Shown here: piece after piece, positions 1 through 12,449 of the stretch
Numbering within the stretch: position 1 is the stretch's first letter
How the letters are laid out: each line of letters begins with the position of its first letter
Source: Felis catus
Lineage: Eukaryota
Reading direction: 5' to 3'
NCBI RefSeq assembly: GCF_018350175.1
Contig: NC_058383.1
Location: forward strand, 16,742,001 to 16,806,000
DNA length: 64,000 nt
The notes under the pieces: model-generated
What the model was told of the DNA's origin: nothing
What the model saw: only the letters and a program-made list of their open reading frames with translations
The model's database searches: none
Translations under genes and position numbers: made by a program

Positions 1-519
1 AATTTATCTCAAAAAGGATGGCATTCTGGTCCCTGAGTGCTTTGTGCTTGGCCAGCTCTGGTAAGTGCAGTGGAGGGAAGCCAGTTGGCTTTCCTCCCTT
101 GGCTGATTGAGATATCTGCATTCAGTATCATTGACGGTTCCTGTATGCACACTATACTTCAAGACTCGGTCAACAAGGAAAGGGCTCTTTCCAGAACTAC
201 TGCATCAAGTCCAGGTTCCAAACACTTGATCACCAGCTGGGAGCAAGAACCCCTTGCCTCTGAATCAATGCTGCATCTATTTCCTGATTGGAAGGACAGG
301 AAAAACAGCCCAAACCAGTCTTTCCTCTCTTTCTGAAAGAGGAATAGAGACAGCACGCAGATTTCACTCTCAGGTGTAGACAATGGGGGTTTCCTTTTAT
401 ACAGTCCTCAGGTATTTCTTACTCCCCTGACAGCCAGCCTACCAGAAGATAGGAGTAAGGCACTTAATTCTTTGTAACTTTATCTCATTCTCTTCTGTAA
501 TAAGGAACTTTGGTCCTCT

Positions 520-1105
520 TGAAAGGGCGGGCCTACGCCAGCCGACTCCATCTTGTTCTGTGTCCTTCACCTTGACCACACCTCCTCCCCTTGACTCCAT
601 CTTGTTCTGTGTCCTTCACCTTGACCACACCTCCTCCCCTTGACTCCATCTTGTTCTGTGTCCTTCACCTTGACCACACCTCCTCCCCTTGACTCCATCT
701 TGTTCTGTGTCCTTCAACTTGACCACACCTCCTCTCCTTGACTCCATCTTGTTCTGTGTCCTTCACCTTGACCACACCTCCTCCCCTTGACTCCATCTTG
801 TTCTGTGTCCTTCACCTTGACCACACCTCCTCCCCTCGAGTAAACCCTCCCTCACCTGCCGGACCCTTCCCCAGGACCCCTCCCCAGCCAATCGGCTGAG
901 GCCATAGCCATTACCTCATCAACTGCCCCCAGGCCCCAATAAAACCTTTGTCCTTTTGAAACTCGCTCTCTTTCTCTGGTATCTCACCGCTGCGTCGGTG
1001 CAGGTAGGGGATTGAGCTCGAGCTAGCTCGAATAAAGGCTCTTTGCTTTTGCATCGGACTCGGCTCCCTAGTGGTCTTTGGGGATCACGAATTCTGGGCA
1101 TAACA
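520..1105 (+). mobile_element. Solo ERV LTR (gammaretrovirus/ERV1-like)
   Basis: TG...CA termini (tgaaaggg...ataaca). 4-bp TSD CTCT at 516-519 and 1106-1109. CCAAT at ~888, TATA-like aataaaa at ~938, polyA signal AATAAA at 1031. CpGs retained. Confidence 0.88.
544..836 (+). repeat. Six copies of a 49-bp tandem repeat in LTR U3
   Basis: Unit gactccatcttgttctgtgtccttcaccttgaccacacctcctcccctt starts at 544, 593, 642, 691, 740 and 789. Copy 4 has two substitutions. Confidence 0.97.
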
Positions 1106-1218
1106 CTCTGAAGGCCCATTTGCATTTTATGCCACTTTTTTCAAACTAGGTTGCACCTGGAAGCCATTCAGAGCAACAGCCTCAGAAGAATATATACTGT
1201 GTAAACTAGAACATTCCA

Positions 1219-1446
1219 GGGGCACCCGGCTGGCTCAGTCGGTTGTGTGTCCGACTTTGGCTCAGGTCATGATCTCGTGGTTTGTGAGTTCGGGCCCCGC
1301 ATCGGGCTCTGTGCTGATAGCTTGGAGCCTGGAGCCTGGATGGAGCTTCAGATTCCGTGTCTCCCTCTCTCTCTGCCCCTTCCCTGCTTGTGCTCTGTCT
1401 CTGTCTCTCAAAAATGAATAAATGTAAAAAAAATTTATTTTTAAAG
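1219..1446 (+). mobile_element. Can-SINE (tRNA-derived carnivore SINE)
   Basis: ggggcacc..ggctcagtcggtt head, (CT)n tract, A-rich tail. TSD aactagaacattcca at 1204 and 1447. Confidence 0.95.
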
Positions 1447-1893
1447 AACTAGAACATTCCAGGATCCTTGGGGTTGTGTGAGGTACACAGCCCAGGTCCA
1501 ATCATTGGTGTGGAGTTCCCAGTCCGTTCCTGAGCCACTTGATAGCTCTCCAGTGCTGGTATCCCCGAAGATAGTAGGTGCCTCTGTCCCTGAGTATTTG
1601 GTGCTTAGCCAGCTAGGGTACTTGCAGGGATGGGTAGCCAGCTGGCCTCCATCCTCTGGCTGATAGAGATTTCTTTATCCTGTAGAGTATATGCTTCGTG
1701 CATGTGCACTATGCTCCAGGTACTGGTCTGTGAACAAAGAGACTTTGAAGGTAATACTGCACCAGGCTATGTTCTAACCGCTTGACCATCAGCCAGGAGC
1801 CCCAAACAGCCACAGCTGAATCACTGCTGCCCCTGCCTATTAATTGGAAGGTCAAGAAACACACCCAAAGCCAGGGCTTCCCCTCTCTTTCTT

Positions 1894-2105
1894 TTTTTTC
1901 TTTAACGTTTTATTTATTTTTGAGACAGGGAGAGACAGAGCATGAACAGGGGAGGGTCAGAGAAAGGGAGACACAGAATCTGAAACAGGCTCCAGGCTCT
2001 GAGCTGTCAGCACAGAGCCTGATGCGGGGCTCAAACTCATGGACTGCGAGATCATGACCTGAGCCGAAGTCGGCCGCTTAACCGACTAAGCCACCCAGGC
2101 GCCCC
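1894..2105 (-). mobile_element. Can-SINE, 3' end of the composite insertion
   Basis: Reverse SINE consensus (...gccacccaggcgcccc), T-rich tail on the + strand. It has no TSD of its own. Confidence 0.93.
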
Positions 2106-3071
2106 TTCTTAGGATGGGTTTAATGTTAGGCCTGCCTGACCTGTCGATGTGTCTGATAGGACCTAGCTTGTGATGGCCCATTCTGAACCCATGATCATTT
2201 GTTTTCTCTACCAGGGTCCGGTAGTAAGCTAGGAGCTGCTTTTTAGAAGGAGTGTAACTCTTCACAACAGTGGGTAGGAACTTGTTCCGTAATCCCAGGG
2301 GTCTACATTGCGATTCTACTGGGATGTGCCGCCAATGCCACCCTTATTCCATCACTGACACCTCCAACACTGTAGGCTCTGCTCGATTATATAATCTGAA
2401 CAGAAGGGCTGTTTGTATCACAGCCTGGACCTACTGCAGAGCTCCTTCCTGCTCTGGGCCCACTCAAAGCCAACAGCTTTCCACGTAACCCAGTATGTGG
2501 GCAGCAGGACTGTTCTTAGGTATGAAATGTGTCTTCTCAAGAACCCAAAGATTCCTAACAGGCTTTGCGTTTCGTTTTTTTCCAGGAAGGGATAGGAGAT
2601 GTAGCAAGGCGTCTTTTTGGGGGGAGGAGATGTCCCAGCGTGCTGCTGGATCATCGGTCCCCCAGAATCTTTGGTGAAGTGGCAGGTCACAAATCGTTGT
2701 AGGACTTATCTCCCGCTCTCTGGAGTGGGTATGTCATACCAAACCTCTAGCACAGTCTCCGCCTTTTCCTCCTCCTGCCTGAGCAGTACGTTATCATCCG
2801 TGTAATGGGTCAACGGGATGTTTGTGGGATGTCCAAACATTCTGATTCTCTTCAGACGATATCACAATGAAGGACTGAAGAGTAAACACAACCCCATGGC
2901 AAAACAGGACATACTTGCTATCCATTCCGTGGGAATATGAACTATTTCTGACCCTTTTTTGTTGAATGGGATAGAAAGAATGCATTTGCCAAATCAGTGG
3001 CCACAAACCACGCGCCTCAGGCTGCATGGCTCTGGTCCAGCTAAGACACTACATCTGGCACAACTGGTATT
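2106..3071 (-). mobile_element. Degenerate ERV-L pol (RT) fragment
   Basis: Minus strand has gatttggcaaatgcattcttt (DLANAF motif) and cattacacggatgat (HYTDD, compare HYIDD), colinear with recalled ERV-L pol. Multiple stops and frameshifts. Confidence 0.75.
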
Positions 3072-3986
3072 CCCAAAGGCAAGGGAATTAAAAGCAAAAA
3101 TGAATTATGAAGATAAAAAGCTTCTGCACAGCAAAGGAAACAACCAACAAAACTAAAAGGCAACCAACGGAATGGGAAAAGATATTTGCAAATGAAATAT
3201 CAGACAAAGGGCCAGTATCCAAAATCTATAAAGAGCTCACCAAACTCCACACCCGAAAAACAAATAACCCAGTGAAGAAATGGGCAGAAAACACGAATAG
3301 ACACTTCTCTAAAGAAGACATCCGGATGGCCAACAGGCACATGAAAAGATGTTCAGCGTCGCTCCTTATCAGGGAAATACAAATCAAAACCACACTCAGC
3401 TATCACCTCACGCCAGTCAGAGTGGCCAAAATGAACAAATCACGAGACTATAGATGCTGGAGAGGATGTGGAGAAACGGGAACCCTCTTGCACTGTCGGT
3501 GGGAATGCAAATTGGTGCAGCCGCTCTGGAAAGCAGTGTGGAGGTTCCTCAGAAAATTAAAAATAGACCTACCCTATGACCCAGCAATAGCACAGCTAGG
3601 AATTTACCCAAGGGATACAGGAGTACTGATGCATAGGGGCACTTGTACCCAATGTTTATAGCAGCACTCTCAACAATAGCCAAATTATGGAAAGAGCCTA
3701 AATGTCCATCAACTGATGAATGGATAAAGAAATTGTGGTTTATATACACAATGGAATACTACGTGGCAATGAGAAAGAATGAAATATGGCCTTTTGTAGC
3801 AACGTGGATGGAACTGGAGAGTGTGATGCTAAGTGAAATAAGCCATACAGAGAAAGACAGATACCATATGGTTTCACTCTTATGTGGATCTTGAGAAATT
3901 TAACAGAAACCCATGGGGGAGGGGAAGAAAAAAGAAAAAGAGGTTAGAGTGGGAGAGAGCCAAAGCATAAGAGACTGTTAAAAACT
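3072..3986 (+). mobile_element. L1 ORF2 C-terminus and part of the 3'UTR (young carnivore L1), ends before the polyA
   Basis: ORFs 3107-3661 and 3643-3894 match the L1 ORF2 C-terminus ([29 protein letters not shown]). Nearly identical to 13563-14100. Confidence 0.95.
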
Positions 3987-5369
3987 CTCCTCTCTTTCTT
4001 GAGGCACGAATGCAGACCCCTTGCCAACAGGACTCCCAGATGTAGCCTGTTGGGCTCGCTTCAACAAAGCTCACAGGTGTTGTTTATTCCTGAGACAGTC
4101 AGCTTGCTTAGAGATTACACTAATCACTTGATTTCCTTCATCATCCCATTCTCATCCCTAATGAAGAAGTCTGGCCCTCCATGTATCCATTTTCATTCCT
4201 TTGCTCTATTTTCAAACTAGGTCCTCCCTGGAATCCATTCCATGTAGTCTCTCAGAGAAATGTCTTTGGCATTCAGGGAGGATCCTAGTCCAGTCTTCAT
4301 GACTTTAGGATAGGTTTGGCCACAGGGACCCTGACAACTTGGTGTCAAAACCATGCAGGCAGTCAAAGGCCTAGGGCATTGGAAGGGCCCAGAAGAGAAT
4401 GTTTGCACTTAGCCTGCATCACAGGGCTGGGAAGGGGGCTGACCTTTCTTGGATGAGAGAAAATGAAGTAACATAGCCCCTTTCCTGCTTGATCCCATTC
4501 CCACTGGAAATATTGAACTTTGGCCCTCCTTATGGCCATTCCCTTCCCATGGCTTTATGTCTAACTATGTCCCCATTCAGACTTAGAAGCCATGAATCTG
4601 TCACTCACTCAGCCAGTGCCCAGGGATAGATTTTCCCATAAGCCTGTGCATGTTGGAAGTGAACACCAAGCAAGGCAACCCAGCTACTGCTAATGGCAGC
4701 ATTTGCACATACTCAGAATTATCTACCAGCTTGGGCAAAGAGTGGCCAGTGGGACTACAGGCATCAGAGGTGGGTGTGGGTCACAACCACAAGGGAGTTT
4801 CTGGTTCAGGTGCCAAGCCATGAACAGCTCTATGCATTAGGCAGTGCCGTAGCAGCCTCAGTGGTCCACCAAAGCCACTCTGTGATTATGGTGTGACAAC
4901 CATGGCTTCAGCATGTGCAGCACTGTCCCCCTTCAGCATACATACAATTGGCAAAACTGACCATTCTGGTTGGCAGGACTAGGTCCACACAGCCTCAAGG
5001 ACTTTGTCAGAAGGCTGGTACTGGCAAATAGGGTGAAACCCATTAGGGTAGCACCTGGTATTTGCCTCCTGACCAGTTCACTTCTCCCAGCCAATGTTTG
5101 GAGGATTAAAGTGCTCTCACATGTCTACCCTCATATGAAATGGATATGCTAGATGTGATATGTTGAAGAAAGCCAGGAATAACATAATTAGGATATACTG
5201 GGCAAAGTTGCTGGCCATGTTCAATATGCCTGGAAGAAATGCAGAGGGAAGTATTATAGCATGGTTGCCCTGTCTATTCATATATCCTTAAGGTTGCACT
5301 GGTTTAAAAAAGAAATATATCTTGCCCTGAGCATCTTTCATATATTATAACAACTTCCCATTTTACAGA

Positions 5370-8300
5370 TATTCTTGTCTTTTCAAGATGCTTGAAAATG
5401 TGAGCAGATCTGAAGATCTGCCCCTGGAAAATCAAAAACAGAAACAAAAACACAGGCCTACTTGGCCAGAAATCTGAGTTTTAAGAGACTCATGAAAGAT
5501 GAACAATCATACAGGGAAAACTATATTGCTGAGGAGCCTTTGGCCAAACATAAGCCACAGTCACAAGGAACGGACCAGAATCCCCAGTTCAGGGCCACGG
5601 ATATGGCTCTGAGTCAATCACATGGAATGGACTCCAGGAAAGTCTCAGAGTTAAAGTAGAGCAAAAGGGTGAAAATGGATACAGGGAGGGCCAGAGTTCT
5701 GCATCAAGGATAAGAATGAGATAATGTGGAGAGTGACATGACTAGCACAGTCTTCCTCGCTGACCCAGGAATAAGAAACACCTGTGGGCTTTGAGAAATG
5801 GTGTCCTCTATAAATTCCACCTAGAAACCCTTTCAGGAAGAAGCCAATGCTTGGATTCTTCCTTCAGAATCGGATGGAAGGCCCTGGTTTTGTGCATGTG
5901 TCCTGCCTTTGCCATCAGTACATAGGGGCAGCAATGATACAGAGGTAGCAGGGATGTGCTCCTGGCGGATTAGGAAGTGTTTGGAAGGGGGGCATGTTGC
6001 AGCATTCTATCCAAAAATAATTTCTGTGCTGACCAGATCCTGGAGCATCCTGCCCAAAATAAATCTGCTGCTTTTTGGAATGAAGAAATCTCAATTAGTG
6101 AAGAGAGGTGGCCAACTGGCTACCCATGTTCATGCCTACCCTAGCCAGCTAAGTAACACCATGTGCTCAGAAACAGAGAGCCAGCTTTCCTCTGGGATAT
6201 CAGACCCAGACAGCCTTCAATTTGATCAGAAATGGACTGAGAAACCACCACCTTTCATATAGCCATGGCTGTATAAGTGACAGCCCCATGGTCTTGGAAT
6301 GTTAACTGAGAATGGGCTAGAAAATCAGCAAGAGGATGAGGATGAGTACAAGCAGTGCCAAAATTCTTCATCTCCAATGAGGACAGCAAACATCTTTGAA
6401 GAAGATATCTTTCTCAATTTCCTCTCGTCCCAGAAAGAAGGCTGGAGTTATTCCTAAAACTTCTGGCTTAGCCTACACACAAGCATTCTCTACTGGACAC
6501 CTGCAGATACTCTAGGCCTGGTGGCATCCACAAATTCTAAAACTCAATTTCCAGGGGCCCTGTGGCCAAACCTCTCCCACACTCACCAGGACTCTGCTTA
6601 AGAGGAAAGGATATGACTCTAAGACACTGGCTCTGAAAGTATTCCAAGGTGAACCTTGTTTCTAACAAGGGCAAATATTTGGAATTGCTAAAATAGCCTG
6701 GTAAGCAACAGAAACTCAGGAACAGGAGGGCCAGGAGTACTCTGGGATATCAGACTCTGAGAGCCCTGAATTGGCCTTGTAACTGTTTTGAAACTCGCCT
6801 CCACACCAAGGAACTTGGTTATGTACACGACACCCCTATGGCCTTGGTGTGTAAACTGATGCCAAGTAAGAAAAGCAGCAGTGGGTTAGGAATGACAACA
6901 AGGTGAGTCACAGTTCTGCATTCAAATGCATGTGTCAAATAAAGGATGGAGATGTCTATCTTACTGTCCTTTTTTCCAACACAGGAGGCTTAACCTCTGG
7001 CTTAGCCTACCCTCAAACATTCTACACGGGCACCTTCAAACAAGGTTTGGAAATGGCTACATAATTCTGAAACCAAATTGAGAAGGGCACAATTGAATAA
7101 CCATCTCACCATCACAATAACACCCCCAGATTCCCAAGCTGAGAGAAGAGGATGGTACTCTAAAACCCTGGCTCTGAGTAGATCCCACGCAGAAACATTA
7201 AAAAAAAAGAGCTAAAAGGTGGAAATGGAGACATAGGCTGCTAGAGTTCATCATAAATGAGGTTTGGAGAATGTTGAGAATGAAGAACCTAGTACAGTTT
7301 CCTATCAATCCAGTTGTGTCCAGAATAAGAAATGTCTAATGTCTTTGGCAATGGGAGCTCTCTGAAGGACTATACCTGGGAGCCCAGTCAGCAAGAAGGC
7401 TGCATTCTTTCTTTAGGAGACAAAGATTTTGGCTTTGTGTGACCCTACCACTTCTTTCCATCAGTTGATGGAGTCAGCAATGGTTGAGCTGTAGCTATTT
7501 GGTTCTGCTGGCTCTTGCTAAGGAGTCTGGAGCAAGGACTCATTCCCTATTCTAAAAAAAAAGCTCTTCCCATGCTGACTACTTTTGGGACAATACTGCC
7601 CATGTGAAAACTGTCTGCTTCTCAGAATGAAGACAATTCAATCATCCAGGTCAATAAACAAAGCTGGCTCCCCCTTCCTGTTCTAACAGCAGACCAAGTA
7701 CCAAGCACTCAGGGACGAAAGGCCATCTATCCTTTGGTATAACAGACACTGATAGCTCTCACTGAACACAGGACCAGAGTGAGAGTTTGTGACCTAACCA
7801 GGGGTGCCAGCCAAGTGAGTGATGGCTCTATGGCTCCTGTGGGGGAAAACCCCACAACTTTGAAATAAATACCACAGGTGGGGCCAATGCTGGACATTTC
7901 CAATGGGAATTGGGATAAACCTAGAAAGGAGATAACTTAATTCATTTGCCCTCAGCCCAGAAGAAGGCCAGCTCTCTCCCTAAATCTCTGACCCAGCCTA
8001 CACAAAAATATCCTCTGCTGGGTACCTTCAAACTCCCTGGGCTTCAGGATGCCCACATATTTCTGAAAACAAAATAAGTATGTAAGAAGGAGCCCTATGG
8101 CAAATTCTCTCCCTCAGTCACAAGGACTAGACAAGACTCCCAGGTGGAATGCAGAGAATGACTCTGACACGATGACTCTGAAGAGATTCCAGGTTGACTC
8201 TTGTTTCCACAAAAGTGCAAAGACTTAAAAAGGTATATGAAGGCCAGAGCTTTCAGAGATTGGAAGGGGAATTATGTGGAGAAGGAAGTGCACAGCACCA

Positions 8301-11289
8301 GCTCCTGGTAACCTGGCTGCGCAAATAAGAATAAGAAGATGAAGAAAAAAACACCTGAGGGCTTAGGCAAAGAAGCCCTCTACAGTATCCCTCTGGGAAC
8401 CCTGTCAGCAACAGGCTGGCCTCTTACATCTGAAGGACCTGAGGGCCCTGATCTTTGTCTGCTTTCCCACTTTCCCATCAAGGAATGGAATGAGTGGTAA
8501 TTGTGCTGTAGCTGTGAGATTACCTCAGCTGTTGTTCAACATTGTGGACACGGGAATGGGTCCATCTTACTGGAAAGGGCTGTTTCTGTGCTGACTAGCT
8601 TCTGGAGCCTACTTCTCTGGGTGGGTTTTCTGCTTTTCAGAATGAAGGACCTTCAATCAGGCAGGGCAATGAGGCAAGCTGGCTCCCCTCCCACTTCCCC
8701 TTGATACAAAATGCCAAGCACTGAGATCACGGACGGCCACCGTTTTCAATTAAGGATGAGAATTGAATAATCTTGAGAATGACTTGACTAGCACATTGTA
8801 TTAGCAAGGTGGCTAGTTCGGGTTTTAGAATATCCCTTTGTGGGCTTTGGCTAAGGGATTATTCTACAGGCTGTTTCTTGGCTCCCTGTGAGCATGAGAC
8901 CCACATTCTACCTTTAGAAAGTGAGGGGAACCTTTGTCTTTTGGTGTTTCTTCCCATCACATCAGTAGATAGGAGCTAGAGTGATTCTGTGGTACAAAGT
9001 ATGTGCTTCCATCTGATGATGAGTGGTGGGGATGAGGACTTGGTACACTATTACTTCAAAAGGCAATTTCTGTGCTGATCATGGACTGGAGCATATTGCA
9101 CGTGCACAGACTTTCTTTTCTTCTGAATGAGAGTATCTTATAAGTTAGGGGTGGGAGACAATGTGGCTACCCATTCCCATGATTATTGTAGCCTGCTAAG
9201 CTCTGAGTGGTCAGGGACAGGAGGATCAGCTGTCCTCTGGGATACCAGACTCCAAGAGCCCTACATTAGTTCAGGAAATGACTGGAATGTCGCCACCAAC
9301 CCTTAGACCCTGGTTGTGTACATGACAGCCCCATGGGTTTGGAGTGTGAACTGAGATTAAGGCCTTGATGTGGTCTTCACTTAAGAGGCTGTTGGGGGGC
9401 GCCTGGGTGGCACAGTCGGTTAAGCGTCCGACTTCAGACAGGTCACGATCTCGCGGTCCGTGGGTTCGTGCCCCGCGTCGGGCTCTGGGCTGATGGCTCG
9501 GAGCCTGGAGCCTGTTTCCGATTCTGTGTTTCCCTCTCTCTCTGCCCCTCCCCCGTTCATGCTCTGTCTCTCTCTGTCCCAAAAATAAATAAACGTTGAA
9601 AAAAAAATTTAAAAAAAAAGAGGCTGTTGGTGTACAGAACAGTTCCTAGAGAATACTGTGCATACACAAACGTTCTCATCTTCATAATCAGCTTGGGGAT
9701 TGAAGTCTTCATAATCAGCTATGGGAGGAAGCAAACTGGATTCCCTTCACTATGATTATGCTAGGTGGTTAACCACCAGGAGGGCAGGCTTTCCTTTGGA
9801 ATATCAGACACTGAGAGCTCCCAATTGGCTCAGGAACTGAATGATAACTTGCATCTGATTTTTGGACCCTGGCTCTGTAAATGACAGCCCTGTGATCTTG
9901 GAATTTGAATGATGCCATAGGAAAACAGCAGTAGTCGAAGGAGTACATCGAAGGCCAAGTTTTTGCATTTCTATTTGGCATGGGGCAAATCCAGGATGGA
10001 GATATCTATCTTCACTTCTTCTCACCCCATGCTGGATTCTGGCTCCCTCTGCAAACCTAGCCTGACCTAGCCTACATACAAACATTCTCCACTGCGTACC
10101 TTCAAATGCTCTAGGACTCTGTGTGTCCACATAATTCTGAAAGCAAATTTAAAAGGACCCAATTCAAAATCTATATCACAGTCAAAAAGATACAGAATAT
10201 TACTGAGACACTGACTCTGAATGGATTCCATGTACAACGTTGTTTCCCCAAAATGACAATTGTGTGTAAAGAGAAACAATGGATGGCCAGAGTTCTTCAC
10301 AAGAGATGTTAATGGGAGAATGTTGAGAACAAAGTACCCAGAACAATCTCTTAGAAGTATGGCTGTCTCCGGAATAAGAAAAGCCTGTGAGCCTAAGCAA
10401 AGGGAGCCCTCTATGAGCTACACCTGTGAGCCCTGTCAGCAAGAGGCCTGCATTCATCCTCTAGTAGGAGCCTAAAATCCTTGGCTCTGTCTTTCCCACT
10501 TTTCCTATCAGTGATAGAAACAGCAGTGTTTGAGCTATTGATGCTGGATGCTCCCAGTTGTTGTACAGGCATCTGGAAACAGAACCTGGTATTGTCTTCC
10601 TGGAAAGGGCTCTTCTTGCACTCACCAGCTCCTGGAGCATACTGCTCATGTGTGCTAGTCAAGATGAGGGCATCTCAATCATCCAGGGGAATGAGGCAAC
10701 CTGGCTCTCCTTTGTCTTCCATAGCACAAACAACTGGCCAAGCACCAAGTGCTCAGGAAATAACAGGCAATCTTCCCTTTAGATATTTGACACTGGTAGC
10801 TCTCACTGAGCACAGGACCAAATTGGGAACTCCCTGCCTCTTTCTGGGTGCTGGTTGAGTGTGTGAGATCTTAAAGGCTCCTAAGAGTGAAAAACTAGTT
10901 AGAAACAACAGCGGTGAGAAGGAAAAGACCCCAAGAAGCGCCAATGTTTTACATTCCCATAAGGAATGGAATTAAGCTGGAAGGAGTCTCCATTTCCACT
11001 AACCCCAGAAAAGAGGTCAACTTTCTTCCAAAACTTCTGGATCATCCTACACAAACATTCTCTCCTGGGCACCTTCACATGCGCTAGACCTCTGGATGCT
11101 CATATTTTTCTGAAACAAGTCACAGGGAGTCCTGTCTAACACCTAACTCAGTTACAAGGATTTCACCAGACTCCCAATTTCCAAACAGAGGATATTTCTC
11201 AGAGAGCCTGGATCTGAATGCACCCTAGGAATAATTTCATTTGAAAATTGAGCAAAGTGGTGAAAATGGATATATGAAAGACCAACATC
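5370..11289 (+). repeat. Ancient degenerate ~1-kb tandem unit, plus-orientation arm (resumes at 15758-15845 after an L1)
   Basis: Landmark aaacattctc..caccttca recurs at ~6482, 7016, 8007, 10080 and 11053. Landmark gaataagaa..cctgtg recurs at ~5768, 7323, 8330 and 10371. Spacings 7016-8007 and 10080-11053 are ~0.98 kb. Confidence 0.8.
9396..9617 (+). mobile_element. Young feline-type Can-SINE
   Basis: CpG-rich consensus-like body. Perfect TSD aagaggctgttgg at 9383-9395 and 9618-9630. Confidence 0.96.
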
Positions 11290-12449
11290 TTTTTTTTATT
11301 GGTAGTATTTATTGAAATGTTAATTTTTGAAGGAATTTTAAATATATCCCCCAATAACTATGATATTATTATTTTTTATTCTGATGATAAAATGATTGAG
11401 CACCAAAATATTAAGTAAATTCTGTCGGAGCTACTATTTAGATATGAGCTCCCCATGCTTACTCACATGAAAGGAATTTATAGTGTACTTCAGGACCCCT
11501 GAAATTCCATGTTCTCTGTGGAATAATTTTCTAGATGTATAAAATCACATAATTACTTGAAAATACAAGTGAAACAAAATTAAAGGAAATAGATATGCTA
11601 ATTTTTTGCGTAACAGTGTTAAATTCTGTTTTTTTCTTTTTTCAAGACCAAATGACTTACAGAAAATGAAACAGATTTTACTTGAAAACATCAAAGTGCT
11701 TTCAAGAAAATGAATATAGCAGTTCTTATAGTGTCTTCTGTGAATAATGGTCCCTGTCTACTTTCAATAAAGCCATGCTGCAATACAGGACAGTGAGCCA
11801 CTGACTGTAAAGTCAAAACCATCTTTTCCCTAAGGAAAGTTTATGACTTGCAATACCTTTTGGGTTTGTCTGTAAGTAGAAATACACATAAAATTACACT
11901 GGCAATATTTGAGATAAAAATTAAAATAGAAATAGTTTTGAAATTAAATTTAAGAATAGTTTATGTTGTGAATACTTTATGGAAAGCAGTTCCACCAATC
12001 AGCTCCTAGGTGTGCAGAGACCTGATAGCTGGATACTGTCAGAGGCATGTGTGACATTAGAAAAATCAGCTCTGAAGAATTCAGAGGACAGTTTTAAACA
12101 TGAACATAGATTAAGTCACACAAAAATGAAAGGACTGAAGTATGCAGTTCTTTAAAATTTTGCAATGAGATCGTAAACTGAATTCTCAGTTGCTCAGTCT
12201 GTGTCATTGCTTGGATATATGCATATGTGAAGACTTACAGCCAGATGTTGATCTTTTATTATCATTCTATGGATTCTGTCCTTTTTTGAATTTATTACTA
12301 GTTCCTTCAAAGTAAATGTTCACAGGGCTTTAGATGAGAGAAGAAAACCAGGCACATAATAATGTTCCTGACCCTGGGTGTCAGAGGACTTGGATAATGA
12401 CTGGTTCCTATTTGAATCTTGTCAGTAACTCCCATTGGCGTTTTCTAAA
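11290..12449 (-). other. Putative L1 3'-transduced unique segment
   Basis: Lies between the L1 3' end (~12450) and a T-run at 11290. Has TTTATT (minus-strand AATAAA) at 11308-11313. The host repeat resumes only after 15758. Confidence 0.7.

Larger units (their letters stand above)
1..4560 (-). repeat. Ancient degenerate ~1-kb tandem unit, minus-orientation arm (interrupted by an LTR, a SINE and a composite insertion)
   Basis: Reverse complements of 1447-1893 and 3989-4560 align by eye with 5890-6660 and 10360-10560. For example, 4370-4405 reversed reads caaacattctcttctgggcccttccaatgccctag, against aaacattctccactgcgtaccttcaaatgctctagg at 10080. Confidence 0.75.

Noticed and set aside
544..836. 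Regular direct repeats resembling a CRISPR array
   Set aside because: Head-to-tail 49-bp units with no unique spacers, inside a mammalian LTR.
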